64,000 bases of DNA from Lingula anatina (taxonomy: Eukaryota > Animalia > Brachiopoda). The notes under the pieces were generated by a model that ran no database searches, had not been told where the DNA came from, and saw only the letters and a program-made list of their open reading frames with translations. This document shows, in pieces, positions 37,987 to 51,141 of this stretch (positions within the stretch are counted from its first letter, which is position 1; each line of letters begins with the position of its first letter). A program made the translations under genes and the position numbers. Location of the stretch: contig CM120645.1 of assembly GCA_051362555.1 (NCBI GenBank), positions 8,990,001-9,054,000 of the forward strand, written 5' to 3'.

Positions 37987-40557
37987 TTTACAAACACCTT
38001 CTACCGTACAAACCGCTCAAGACGAACCCAACGACACCTTCGCTGATCTATTAATCGTGCCAGCAATTAATGCCAGAGATGTAGTAGGCAACTTAATAAA
38101 TAATATCAGTTGGGTTGCAATACACAAACACTAACATTGAAACTTTAACATTTAGAAACTTAGCTTTTACCTTCAGTCATATACTGGAAATATACGTAAG
38201 CCTTGGCTACGACAAACTAGCCAGCAATCCTGAACTTTAATCGCCACCTGGAGATTTATACTTGTAGTTATTATTGAAGTAAATGCTGCTTATCTAATAA
38301 TGTTATCGATCAATTAACGGAAGAAAAAGATCGGTTTGATTTCATATAATAATTGAAAGAGACTAAACTTCGTTCCTTTTAGAACCGCAAGGCACTGTGC
38401 GCTATTTGGTAACTTGCTGCCGCTCAGCCCGGACATGTATGTGAGGCAAATATAACAATATACGTGCCTCTGTGCTTTAATGGAAATAACACGTGTTTTC
38501 TTAAGGAAAATAAACAGATAACATGCTTGTACATGTGTCTATAAGAATTGACACTCTTCTGTGCTTAATACCCACTCTATTGGTGTTATACGCGGCGTCT
38601 GTATCCCGACTGGTGGTTGTTGGTCAGCAAAATATTGAGTTGGAAAGATGCAGATAAGAGATATCAAAGATTGGTCGGATACACCAAGAAAAGACAAAAA
38701 CAAAGCCTTTTTAACCACGTGGTTGCCATATCTTACATTTTAACGCCCACCTTGTTTTTATTTCTTTCAAATATGAGCACCCCTCTTCTGTGTAATGTCA
38801 TACTAACCGCAACTTTTTTTAATCTTTATGTGTCCGCTGATTTTTTTGCCGTTAATGCAGTGCAACTGGTCACGTGATGTACCCAGCAGTGGGCGTGACC
38901 TGTAGAGGCAGGACAGAGGGGTCGAATTTCTCGTCGAGGTTGCACCTATCAGAGGCTGGCATAACAAATAGAGAACTTCTATGTACAAGCAGTGGCCCAT
39001 AACTGGTTCAACTGGGGTGGGACAAATGTGTATAGATAAATCCCTAGAGGTAGGATTATTCAAGGTGCAAGGCTGCATTTTAGTGTCGAGGTTACAGCCA
39101 TCAGAGTTTGGACTGAAATAAAATAAATAAGATCACTCCGTGCAAGGTGGTAGCAAAAACTATTAACTTGTTCTAGAGTTTCCAAATATTTTTTTTTTAC
39201 AAACAACATTGTGCTAAAAGATTCGCGAAGGGCGTTGGTAAACAAAATCATACTAATTTCTGGTTTTCTTTAAGAATCTAAATTTCGAAAAAAATGATGT
39301 TGATTCAATATTAATTAAGACAATATGTGTCCTCGTAGCTTTTTCTTTTCACTGTCACTGTCCCAGTTTGACTGCATACCTGCAGTGAAAAGAAGAACTT
39401 GAATGGGTCCATAGACATCCCCGGTGTGAACACAGTTATATCTTTTCTCTTTTTATCAGTTATGAAACTTAAACTGATTCCTTCCTTCCCATATTCACAA
39501 ATCATGGTGTTTTGCCGTGCTGATATGACAAATGGTTTATATTTACCTTACAAATGTGGACAATATTTACTAGCCAGTCTAATAGGTATCACATGATCTT
39601 GCAATCTTTCTGGCACGTGATAACTATTTCGCTGCTATACAACCAGTTCTAAAACAACTGACCTCGACGATGATACATATGAAATAAATCTCCTCCTCGG
39701 AATATTGTATTATTAGCCAACATAGCTGTATAGTTTTGATCCGAAATATGTAAATTCACTTAGAACAAGTAAAAGAATCCATCGTCACTTTAAATGATCA
39801 CTGATTAAGTGTCAATTGGTGACGGAATATTCTTGAATAACTATATTAATGTACTTATACCTGTTACAAACTTTATGTTCTTGTGGATATGCCTGCATGG
39901 CTGCTTAACACCAGATTCAGGGATTATCACTATACATGTAATACAGAAAAGGAAATATGAGAAAAATATCGAAACCATTTCCTGTGTAATACAAGTTATT
40001 GTAATAGCACCAAGTGGAAAAACACAAATAACGGGGCAGGCTCAGCTAATGCATGTTGGAAGCAGCTCAAGTCCAAGCGTTCCAAGCGTTTTACTCTTGT
40101 TTATTGCACTTGAACTTGGTCAAGGACAGTGTACTTGTAAGATGACATTTTTGGGGAAAATTATAATAAGAAAAGGCAGGTGATTTAAAAACCCAGCGCA
40201 GGGGAACGGGGTCAAATTTTCTCACGGGCGCAAGAGGTGAAAACGCGATTTTACAGTAGTTATCAGAGGCCTTTTTTTCGCAAAAACTCAATACAATCTA
40301 CTTCAGTTTTTTTAACATGTATCAGTGACCCAAGTTGTATGTGCAACTTGTGTATTAAAAGGACAATATTTTTTACTAGTAACGCATAGACAAAGTTCGC
40401 TGCATCATAAATGATTAATTTTAAGTAGGATACAAATAAAACCAAAGTCTCTTTTACGGTACGTTGCATCCATAGAAATATAAAAGACGGGGAAAGGGGG
40501 TGTTGTCTACCAGTCCACTTTAAAACGACGCTATACGTACATACCGACCTTCTCAAG

Positions 40558-41332
40558 ATGAACAACACCAAGTTGGTTGCAATCCTCTTAGTGGTGCTAC
40601 TGGTGGTCTGTTTGTCCACGAATTCGGAAGCCGGTAAGCTAAAATGAAACAGAGTGTCATCAAAAACGAGAGTAAAAGAATATAACACAGTTGTTTTAAA
40701 ATTTTACAAGCACATGTTATGATTATTCGTGACCCATTGGATGGCTTTCCAATATGAAATAACAGAAAATGGGCCGCATTTGCAAAGTAACAAGCAGACG
40801 AACAGCTAGACGAAATGATAAACAGGAAAACAGATTTTCTTTTAAAATGATAATTTGTATTTTTTCTTTTAACCCATAAGCTTTTGTAAAAAGAAGGAGA
40901 GCAACTGCCAAAATTCGCCCAATTGAAGATGATTCGGTGCGTATGAACTAAGTTAAGCATCTTACATGTATTTTTTATTATTACCCGCATGCCTATATAC
41001 ATTTTATACTTTAGAAATCACTTAAAAAATCACTCTAAACTGAAACAATTTAATATCAGACCATTTTGATAAAAAGGGGTATAAGCTCTCATGTTTTTCA
41101 TCAGGGTATCCGGCAGGTCACTCTTTAGAAATGTGTGATATTCTGTATTCTCTGTGATAAAGTAGAGGTGTCTTCCCAAAATTAAATATATTGATCTGTA
41201 TAACAGGTTCAAGGGCATATAGCACGTTGAATCTTTTTGTAGATTGGCAATGAAGATTTGAAGAGAATCGTTAAGAGGGCTGCGGAGGAATCAGATGAAC
41301 AGGATAAAGAACTTGGTATCGACTGGGAGTGA
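40558..41332 (+). CDS. Secreted Arg-rich peptide precursor, array copy D (73 aa)
   Basis: Exons 40558-40633, 40881-40936, 41243-41332: MNNTKLVAILLVVLLVVCLSTNSEA-AFVKRRRATAKIRPIEDDS-IGNEDLKRIVKRAAEESDEQDKELGIDWE*. TATAAAA at 40479. Confidence 0.87.
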
Positions 41333-44236
41333 TTTACAAACACCTGAAACGTACAAACCGCTGCAGACGAACCCAACGACACCTTCGCTGATCTATTAAT
41401 CGTGTCAGCAATTAATGCCAGAGATGTAGTAGGCAACTTAATAAATAATATCAATTGGGCTTCAATGCACAAATACTAACATTGAAACTTTAACATTTAG
41501 AAACTTAGCTTTCACCTTCAGTCATATACTGGAAATATACGTAAGCCTTGGCTACGACAAACTAGCCAGCAATCCTGAACTTTAGTCGCCATCGCGAGAT
41601 TTATACTTGTAATGATTATTAAAGAAAGTGCTACTTATCTGATAATGTTATTGATCAATTAACAGAAGAAAAAGATGAGTTTGATTTCAAATAATAATTG
41701 AAAGAGACTAAACCCTGTTCCGTGTAGAACAGCATGGCACTGTGCGCTGATTGGTTACTTGCTGTCAGTCAGCCTGGACATGTATGTGAGGCCAAAATAA
41801 CAATATACGTGCCTCTGTGCTTTAATGGAAATAACACGTGTTTTCTTAAGGAAAATAAACAGATAACATGCTTATACATGTGTCTATAAGAATTGCGACT
41901 CTTCTGTGCTTTATACCCACTCTATTGGTGTTATACGCGGCGTCTGTATCCCGACTGATGGTTGTTGGTCAGCAAAATATTGAGTTAGAAAGATGCAGAT
42001 AGGATATATCAAAAATTGGTCGGATACACCAAGAAAAGACAAAAACAAAGCTTTTTTTAACCACGTGGTTGCCATATATACATCTTTACGCCCACCTTGT
42101 TTTTATTTCTTTCAAATATGAGCACCCCTCTTCTGTGTAATGTCATACTAACCGCAACTTTTTTTAATCTTTATGTGTCCGCTGATTTTTTGCCGTTAAT
42201 GCAGTGCAACTGGTCACGTGATGTACCCAGCAGTGGGCGTGACCTGTAGAGGCAGGACAGAGGGGTCGAATTTCTCGTCGAGGTTGCACCTATCAGAGGC
42301 TGGCATAACAAATAGAGAACTTCTATGTACAAGCAGTGGCCCATAACTGGTTCAACTGGGGTGGGACAAATGTGTATAAATAAATCCCTAGAGGTAGGAT
42401 TATTCAAGGTGCAAGGCTGCATTATAGTGTCGAGGTTACAGCCATCAGAGTTTGGACTGAAATAAAATAAATAAGATCACTCCGTGCAAGGTGGTAGCAA
42501 AAACTATTAACTTGTTCTAGAGTTTCCAAATATTTTTTTTTTACAAACAACATTGTGCTAAAAGATTCGCGAAGGGCGTTGGTAAACAAAATCATACTAA
42601 TTTCTGGTTTTCTTTAAGAATCTAAATTTCGAAAAAAATGATGTTGATTCAATATTAATTAAGACAATATGTGTCCTCGTAGCTTTTTCTTTTCACTGTC
42701 ACTGTCCCAGTTTGACTGCATACCTGCAGTGAAAAGAAGAACTTGAATGGGTCCATAGACATCCCCGGTGTGAACACAGTTATATCTTTTCTCTTTTTAT
42801 CAGTTATGAAACATTGTGCTAAAAGATTCACGAAGGGAGATGGTGAACAAAATTATTCTACTTTCTGGTTTTCTTTAAGAATCTAAATTTTAAAAAAATG
42901 TATGCTGATTCAACTTATTAAGACATTTAGTGTCCTCTTAGCTTTGTCTTTTCGCCGTCACTGCCCCCTTACGTACCCTGGAGTTGACGTGAAGAGCAGA
43001 GACAGGACAAATGTGTTTCAGTTTCAATTTGAAGAGCCTAACCACTTCTGACTGCACACCTGCACTGAAAAAATCAATTGAGTCGCTCCATATACATGTA
43101 CATCCCCGGTGTGAACACAGTTTTATCTTTTCTCTTTTCTGTCAGTTATTAAACTTAAACTGATTCCATCCTTTTCCATATTCACCAATTATGGTGTTTT
43201 GCCGTGCAGATATGACAAATGGTTTATATTTACCATACAAATGTGGACAATATTTACTAGCCAGTCTAATAGGTATCACATGATCATTCAGTCTTACTAG
43301 CACGTAATAGCTATTTCTCTGCTATTTAGCAACCAATTTGATGATACATATAATGAAATAAATCTCCTCCTCAGAATGTTGTATTATTAGACAACATATC
43401 TGTATTGTTTTGATCCGAAATATGTAAATTCACTTAGAACAAGTAAAAGAATCCATTGTCACTTTAAATGTTCACTGATTAAGTGTCAATTGGTGACGGA
43501 ATATTTTTGAATAACTACATAAATGTCCTTATACCTGTTACAGACTTTATGTACCGTTGGATGTGCCTGCATGGGCTGCTTAACACCAGCATCAGGGATT
43601 ATCACTACACATGTAATACAGAAAAGGAAATATGAGAAAAATATCGAAACCATTTCCTGTGTAATACAAGTTATTGTAATAGCACCAAGTGGAAAAACAC
43701 AAATAACGGGGCAGGCTCAGCTAATGCATGTTGGAAGCAGCTCAAGCCCAAGCGTTCCAAGCGTTTTACTCTTGTTTATTGCACTTGAACTTGGTCAAGG
43801 ACAGTGTACTTGTAAGATGACATTTATGGGGAAAATTATAATAAGAAAAGGCAGGTGATTTAAAAACCCAGCGCAGGGGAACGGGGTCAAATTTTCTCAC
43901 AGGCGCAAGAGGTGACAACAGGATTTTACAGTAGTAATCAGGAGCTTTTTTTGCGCAAAAAATCGATACAATCTACTTCATTTTTTTATCAATATGTATC
44001 AGTGACTCAAGTTGTATGTACAATTTGTGTGTTAGAAGGACAATATCTATTTACTAATAACGCATAAGCAAAGTTCGTTGAATCATAAATGATTAATTTT
44101 AAGTAGGATACAAATAAAATATAATTCTCTTTTACGATTCGTTGCGCCCATCGAAATATAAAAGACGGGAAAAGGGGTTGTTGCGACCCAGTCCACTTTT
44201 AAAACAGCGTTATACGAACATAGCGAGTTCCTCAAG

Positions 44237-45013
44237 ATGAACAACAACAAGTTGGTCGCAATCCTCTTGGTGGTATTACTGGTGGTCAGTTTGTCCACGG
44301 ATTCAGAAGGTAAGCTGAAATGAAATACCATGTCATCCAAACGAGAGTGAAAGAATATGACATACTTTTTTAAAAAATTGTACGAGCGCACGTTATTAAT
44401 ACATGTGGCCTATTGGATGGCTTTCCAATATTAAACAACAGACAGTGGCTCGTATACCGTCGTGGATTTGCAATGTAATAAGTACATGTAGATGGACAGA
44501 TAGATAAAATGATAAAGAGGAAAGCAATTTTTTAATGATATTTTGTATTTCTTTTTTAACCCTTAATGTTTAGGAAGAAGAAGACGACGATATGGTAAAA
44601 TTCGCCCAATTGAATCTGACTCGGTGCGTATGAACAAAATAATTAATCAATTAAGCAATTTGATTTTACTAACAGATTTATGCGTATCTAGATTTCACAG
44701 ACTAATATTTGCATCACTCAAAACTGAAACAATTTAATATCAGACCATTTTGATAAAACGCGGGTATAAGCTCTCATGTTTTTCATCAGATTAACAGATT
44801 ATTCTTTAAAAACCTGCAATAATCTGTATTCTCTGTGATGAAGTAAAGATGTCTTCCCAAAATCAAATATAGTGATCTGTATAACACGTACAAGGGCATA
44901 TAGCACGTTGAATCATTTTGTAGATTGGCAATGAAGATTTGAAGAGGATCTTGAAGAGGGCTGCGGAGGGATCAGACGAACAGGATAAAGAACTTGGTAT
45001 CGACGGGGAGTGA
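44237..45013 (+). CDS. Secreted Arg-rich peptide precursor, array copy E (70 aa)
   Basis: Exons 44237-44309, 44574-44623, 44924-45013: MNNNKLVAILLVVLLVVSLSTDSE-GRRRRRYGKIRPIESDS-IGNEDLKRILKRAAEGSDEQDKELGIDGE*. TATAAAA at 44157. Confidence 0.85.
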
Positions 45014-47323
45014 TTTACAAACACCTGCTACCGTACAAACCGCTCAAGACGAACCCAACGACACCTTCTCTGATCTATTAATCGTGCCAGCAATTAATGC
45101 CAGAGATGTAGTAGGCAACTTAATAAATAATATCAGTTGGGTTGCAATACACAAACACTAACATTGAAACTTTAACATTTAGAAACTTAGCTTTTACCTT
45201 CAGTCATATACTGGAAATATACGTAAGCCTTGGCTACGACAAACTAGCCAGCAATCCTGAACTTTAGTCGCCATCGCGAGATTTATACTTGTAGTTATTA
45301 TTGAAGTAAATGCTGCTTATCTAATAATGTTATTGATCAATTAAAAGAAGAAAAAGATGAGTTTGATTTCAAATAATAATTGAAAGAGACTAAACCCTGT
45401 TCCGTGTAGAACAGCATGGCACTGTGCGCTGATTGGTTACTTGCTGTCAGTCAGCCTGGACATGTATGTAAGGCCAAAATAACAATATACGTGCCTCTGT
45501 GCTTTAATGGAAATAACACGTGTTTTCTTAAGGAAAATAAACAGATAACATGCTTATACATGTGTCTATAAGAATTGAGACTCTTCTGTGCTTTATACCC
45601 ACTCTATTGGTGTTATACGCGGCGTCTGTATCCGCAGTGCAACTGGTCACGTGATGTACCCAGCAGTGGGCGTGACCTGTAGAGGCAGGACAGAGGGGTC
45701 GAATTTCTCGTCGAGGTTGCACCTATCAGAGGCTGGCATAACAAATAGAGAACTTCTATGTACAAGCAGTGGCCCATAACTGGTTCAACTGGGGTGGGAC
45801 AAATGTGTATAGAAATAATAAATCCCTAGAGGTAGGATTATTCAAGGTGCAAGGCTGCATTTTAGTGTCGAGGTTACAGCCATCAGAGTTTGGACTGAAA
45901 TAAAATAAATAAGATCACTCCGTGCAAGGTGGTAGCAAAAATTATTAGCTTGTTCTAGAGTTTCCAAATAATTTTTTTACAAACAACATTGTGCTAAAAG
46001 ATTCGCGAAGGGCGTTGGTAAACAAAATCATGCTAATTTCTGGTTTTCTTTAAGAATCTAAATTTCGAAAAAAATGATGTTGATTCAATATTTATTAAGA
46101 CAATATGTGTCCTCTTAGCTTTTTCTTTTCACCGTCACTGTCCCAGTTTGACTGCATACCTACAGTGAAAAGAAGCACTTGAATGGGTCCATAGACATCC
46201 CCGGTGTGAAGACAGCTATATCTTTTCTCTTTTTATTAGTTATGAAACTTAAACTGATTCCATCCTTTCCCATTTTCACCAATAAAGGTGTTTTACCGTG
46301 CTGATATGACAAACGGTTTATATTTACCAGACAAATGTGGACAATATTTACTAGCCAGTCTAATAGGTATCACATGATCTTGCAGTCTTTGTGGCCGTGA
46401 TAGCTATTTCGCTGCTATTAAACAACCAGTTCTAAAACAACTGACCTTGAAGATGATACATATAATGAAATAAATCTCCTCCTCGGATTATTGTATTATT
46501 AGACAACATAGCTGTATAGTTTTGATCCGAAATATGTAAATTCACTTAGAACAAGTAAAAGAATCCATCGTCACTTGAAATGTTCACTGATAAAGTGTCA
46601 ATTGGTGACGGAATATTCTTGAATAGCTACATCAATGTCCTTATACCTGTTACAAACTTTATGTTCTTGTGGCTATGCCTATGGATATGGATATGCCAGT
46701 GTCAGGGGTTATCACTATAATACAGAAAAAGAAATTTGAGAAAAATATCGAAATCGTTCCTGTGTAATCCAAGTTATTTTAATTGCACCAAGTGGAAAGA
46801 CACAAATAAAGGAGCAAGCTCAGCTAATGCATGATGGAAGCATTTTAAGTTCTGTTTCAAGCGTTTTACTCTTGATTATTGCACGTGAACGCGGTCAAGG
46901 ACAGTTTACATGTAAGGTGACATTATTGGGGGAAATTATAATAAGAAAAGGCAGGTGATTTAAAAACCCAGCGCAGGGGAACGGGGTCATCTTTCTCACG
47001 GGCGCAAGAGATGACAACAGGATTTTACAGTAGTAATAAGAGGCGTTTTGCCCAAAAATTCAATACAATCTACTTCTGTTTTTACTAACATGCATCAGTG
47101 TCTGTAGGGCAATATGTGTTTGTAGGACAATATCTTTTTACTAATAATGCATAGGCAAAGTTCGTTGAATCATAAATGATTAATTTTAAGTAGGATACAA
47201 ATAAAATCGAAGTCTCTTTTACGGTACGTTGCGTCCATCGCAATATAACAGACGGGGAAAGGCGGGTGTTACCACCCAGTACACTTTAAAACAGCGTTAT
47301 ACGTACATACCGACCTTCTCAAG

Positions 47324-48128
47324 ATGAACAACAAAGCGTTGGTCGCAATCCTCTTAGTGGTACTACTGGTAGTCAGTTTGTCCACGGATTCGGAAGCCCG
47401 TAAGTTACACATGTATTTAACCATCATGCCATGGAAAACGGGTGTGAAAGCATATAACATAGTTGTTTTAGAATTTTACAAGCACATATTATGATTACAT
47501 TTATGGAACATTGGATGGCTTTTCAATATTAAACAACAGACAGTGCATTTGCAATGTAATAAGTAGACAGACAGATAGACAAAATGATAAACAGAGAAGC
47601 ATATTTTCTTTTGAAATGATACTTTGTGTTTCTTTTTTAATCTCAAAGTTTCAAAATTAAGAAGAAGAGCAAATGGTAAAATTCACCCAATTCAATATGA
47701 CTCGGTGCGTATGAACTAGGTTAAGCAACTTACTTTAACTAACAGAATTATGCTTATTTACATTTCACAGCTTAAGATATTCATCAAAACTGAAACAATT
47801 TAATATCAGAACATTTTGATAATAATGATGATTTTGATAATGATGGACATTACCTCGAATGCTTTCATCAGATAATGTGGCACATAACATTTTGGAAATA
47901 TTTAACATTCCGTATTCTCTGTCGTGAAGTAAAGATTGCTTCCAAATATTGAATATATTGTTCTATACGACATATGAACAAGGGCGAATAGCACATTGAA
48001 TTTTTGTGTTGAATTCAATTTTTGATTTTGTGTAGATTGACGATGACAACGATTTGAAGAGAATCATGAAGAGGGCTGCGGAGGAATCAGATGAACAGGA
48101 TAAAGAACTTGGTATCGACGGGGAGTGA
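47324..48128 (+). CDS. Secreted Arg-rich peptide precursor, array copy F (74 aa)
   Basis: Exons 47324-47399, 47649-47704, 48036-48128: MNNKALVAILLVVLLVVSLSTDSEA-LSKLRRRANGKIHPIQYDS-IDDDNDLKRIMKRAAEESDEQDKELGIDGE*. Confidence 0.85.
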
Positions 48129-49213
48129 TTTACAAACACCTGCTACCGTACATACCGCTCGAGACGAATGCAACAACACCTATCAACCGTGCCCGCAATT
48201 TGTGCCGGAAATGTAGTAGGCAACTTAATATATAATATCTATTAGGCTTCAGTGCACAAACACTAACATTTTATATTAAGAAACTTAGCGTTTACCTTCA
48301 GTCATATATTGAAAATATACGTAAACGTTGGCTACGACAAACTAGCCACCAATCCTGAACTTTAGTCGCCATCGGGAGATTTATACTTGAAGTGATTATT
48401 AAAGTAAATGCTGCTTATCTGATAATGTAAAAACTGATCAATTCGAGGAAGAAAAAGGTGGGGTTGATTCTAAATAATCAGTTGAAGAGACTAAACCCTG
48501 TTCCGTGTAGAACCGCATGGCACTGTGCGCTGTTTGGTTACTTGCTGTCGCTCAGTCTGGACATGTATATGAGGCAAATATGACAATACAAGTGGTACTG
48601 TGCTTTAAAGGAAATAACTTGTGCTTTCTTAGGTATAATAAATAGACAACTTGCTTGTACTTGTGTCTTTGAGAATTGAGAGTCCTTTTTTATTTTATAC
48701 CCACTGTCTTGGTGTTATCCGCGGTATGAGGACATGCATCCCGACTCGTAATTGTTGGTTAGAAAAATACTGGGTTAGAAAGATACAGATTAAAGATACC
48801 AAAGATTATTGGGATACACCAAGAAAAGACAAAAGCATAGCCTTTTTAACCACGCTGTTGCCATATCTTACATTTTTAACGCCCACCTCGTTTTTATTTC
48901 TTTCAAATATGAGTGCCACTCTTCTGTGTAATGTCATACTAACCGTAACTATACACAATCACGAAATTCAATGTAAAACAGAAATAAATCTTAGATATCG
49001 CATATTGCAGTCAATATATATAATTTTGAGTGATTTTCAAGAAAATAAACTGCACTCCTACAACATCTACTTAAACACCAATAAACTGCAGAGGGTATGG
49101 GAATGGTAACAGGCAATTATTGCAAATTGTTTTAAGGCTAATGGAAGTTGGAAGAAATAAATATTAAAATGTAGCCTGTGCCAAAGACAATAACAACATA
49201 TTAAGTCCACTAA

Positions 49214-49401
49214 GAGCGCATTTAGAACAGCGGACTAAAGGATCCTCGGATCAAATATGGCCGACCAACTTAAATGCTCGCTGTGTAATCCCCGCGGGGA
49301 ATTTATTTTTATAAACGTGTCTAATCAGTAAGCGGCAAGCTTTTAAACCGGTCGCCATAGTTGATCCGCGGATCTGTTAGTCCGCTGTTCTGAATGCGTT
49401 C
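49214..49401. mobile_element. MITE family 3, copy 2 (co-duplicated with the array spacer)
   Basis: Same TIRs, TAA duplication and flanking sequence as 29474-29661. Confidence 0.8.
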
Positions 49402-50457
49402 TAATTCCACCCAGTATTATGGTGGTAATGGAGGACACCAGGTTACCTCTGGAATGTCGTTAATGAATGTAATATGACACAAGGTGTCTTTACAAGCGTA
49501 TCCATGCAAAACGTTTCTTTTGCTTCAGGGGATTAGGAGGTAAAAGCAACACAAAAAAATCAGAAAAATTGATGCCAGCATTATAAACGTCAGCAGGGAA
49601 TTGTGAAAAAATTGCAGTGTCAGATTATTTAACACGCTTCACATCAGAAACGAAGCCGGTGACAATGCATACAATACGAAGTAAAATATGGTGATTATAA
49701 CGGAGACAGCTGCAGGCCACAAGGTTACATCTGGCATGTCTTTAACAACCATAATGCATGACACAAGGTGTTGTACGAACTTAACAGCTGAAGTCATCCA
49801 AAACATCATTTCAACGTCAGGGGATGAAGGCGAAAAAACAAAATTTACAGATGTGAGAAAATTATATATAGCCCACATGCAGTAGGAGATAACAATTAAA
49901 ATAGCACTTTTTAAAATTTCACTGGCATTTTAGGGTTGGCATAAAGATAACTAACTCAATACTCTGTAACGAGGCGTTTGGTTGTCGTTTCGTACTGGTG
50001 TATTTGCGTGTACTTGCACGGGTGCACGTGATCGGGGCCAAGGACAGTTAACCTGTGAGGTGACTTTTGGAAAAATTGGTACAGTTAATATAATGCAGAG
50101 GGTTTCTAATTCAAACGTAGCGCGATGGATCGGGCTTAAATTACCCCAATGGCGATTGCGTATAAGATAACATTGACGATTTTACCCCAGTGACCAGACT
50201 TTTTGCGCGACAAACAAATTATTCTATTCTTTGTTTTATACTAATATACTTATATGAATAACACAAGATACACATACAATATTTATTCTAATATTTATTT
50301 ATTCTAAAATTTTGCATCACAGTTCATCATCACTTTTAGGAAAATATAAAGGAAATCGTTTTTCGCCTTTACGGTATGTTGCGCCAAACTCAATATAAAA
50401 GACCAGGAAAGGGACCGTTGTCACCCAGTTTACTTTTAAAGCAGCGTTATCCTCAAG

Positions 50458-50988
50458 ATGAAGAACACCAGGTTGGTAGCAATCTTCTTAGTGGTAATAC
50501 TGATGGTCTGTTTGTCCACGGATTCGGAAGGTAAGTTGAAATGAAACACCATGTCATCCAGTGAAAGAAACCCAATATATACGGTGTTGTAGAAACTTTT
50601 GTTTTAGTGAAACTCATTTGTAATGTAACAAGCAGACAGACAGATGGACTAAATGACAAACAGGAAATATATATTTAATTGTGAAATGATGTTTTGCGTT
50701 TTTTCCTTAAATCCGTAGCTGCAAGAAATAGAGGACATACTGGTAAAATTCGCCAAATCAAATATGACTCGGTGCGTATGGAATATTATGCATATCTTTC
50801 ACTCAAAATTGAAATATTTCAGACTTTTTCGAAAAAAAACGGGGTTATTTGCTGGAATGTTTTCTATCAGATTGTCTAGTGAAACACATTTGTAATGCAT
50901 ACTTTTTAGAAATTTGTGAAACTCTGCATTCTCTGTCGTGAAGTAAAAGACAGCATGATCGAACATATACTAGGGCGTATTACACGAT

Positions 50989-51036
<48 letters not shown>

Positions 51037-51141
51037 GGAAATGAAGATGAGAAAAGAACTATGAAGAGAGCAGTGGTGGCATCAAATGAACAAGACATCG
51101 AATGGTATCGACGACGAGTGATTCAAAGAATAACTGCATAA
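50458..51141 (+). CDS. Secreted peptide precursor, array copy G (77 aa, frameshifted cationic tail)
   Basis: Exons 50458-50530, 50719-50771, 51034-51141: MKNTRLVAIFLVVILMVCLSTDSE-AARNRGHTGKIRQIKYDS-IGNEDEKRTMKRAVVASNEQDIEWYRRRVIQRITA*. TATAAAA at 50394; ~41-nt poly-T before the exon-3 acceptor. Confidence 0.78.
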
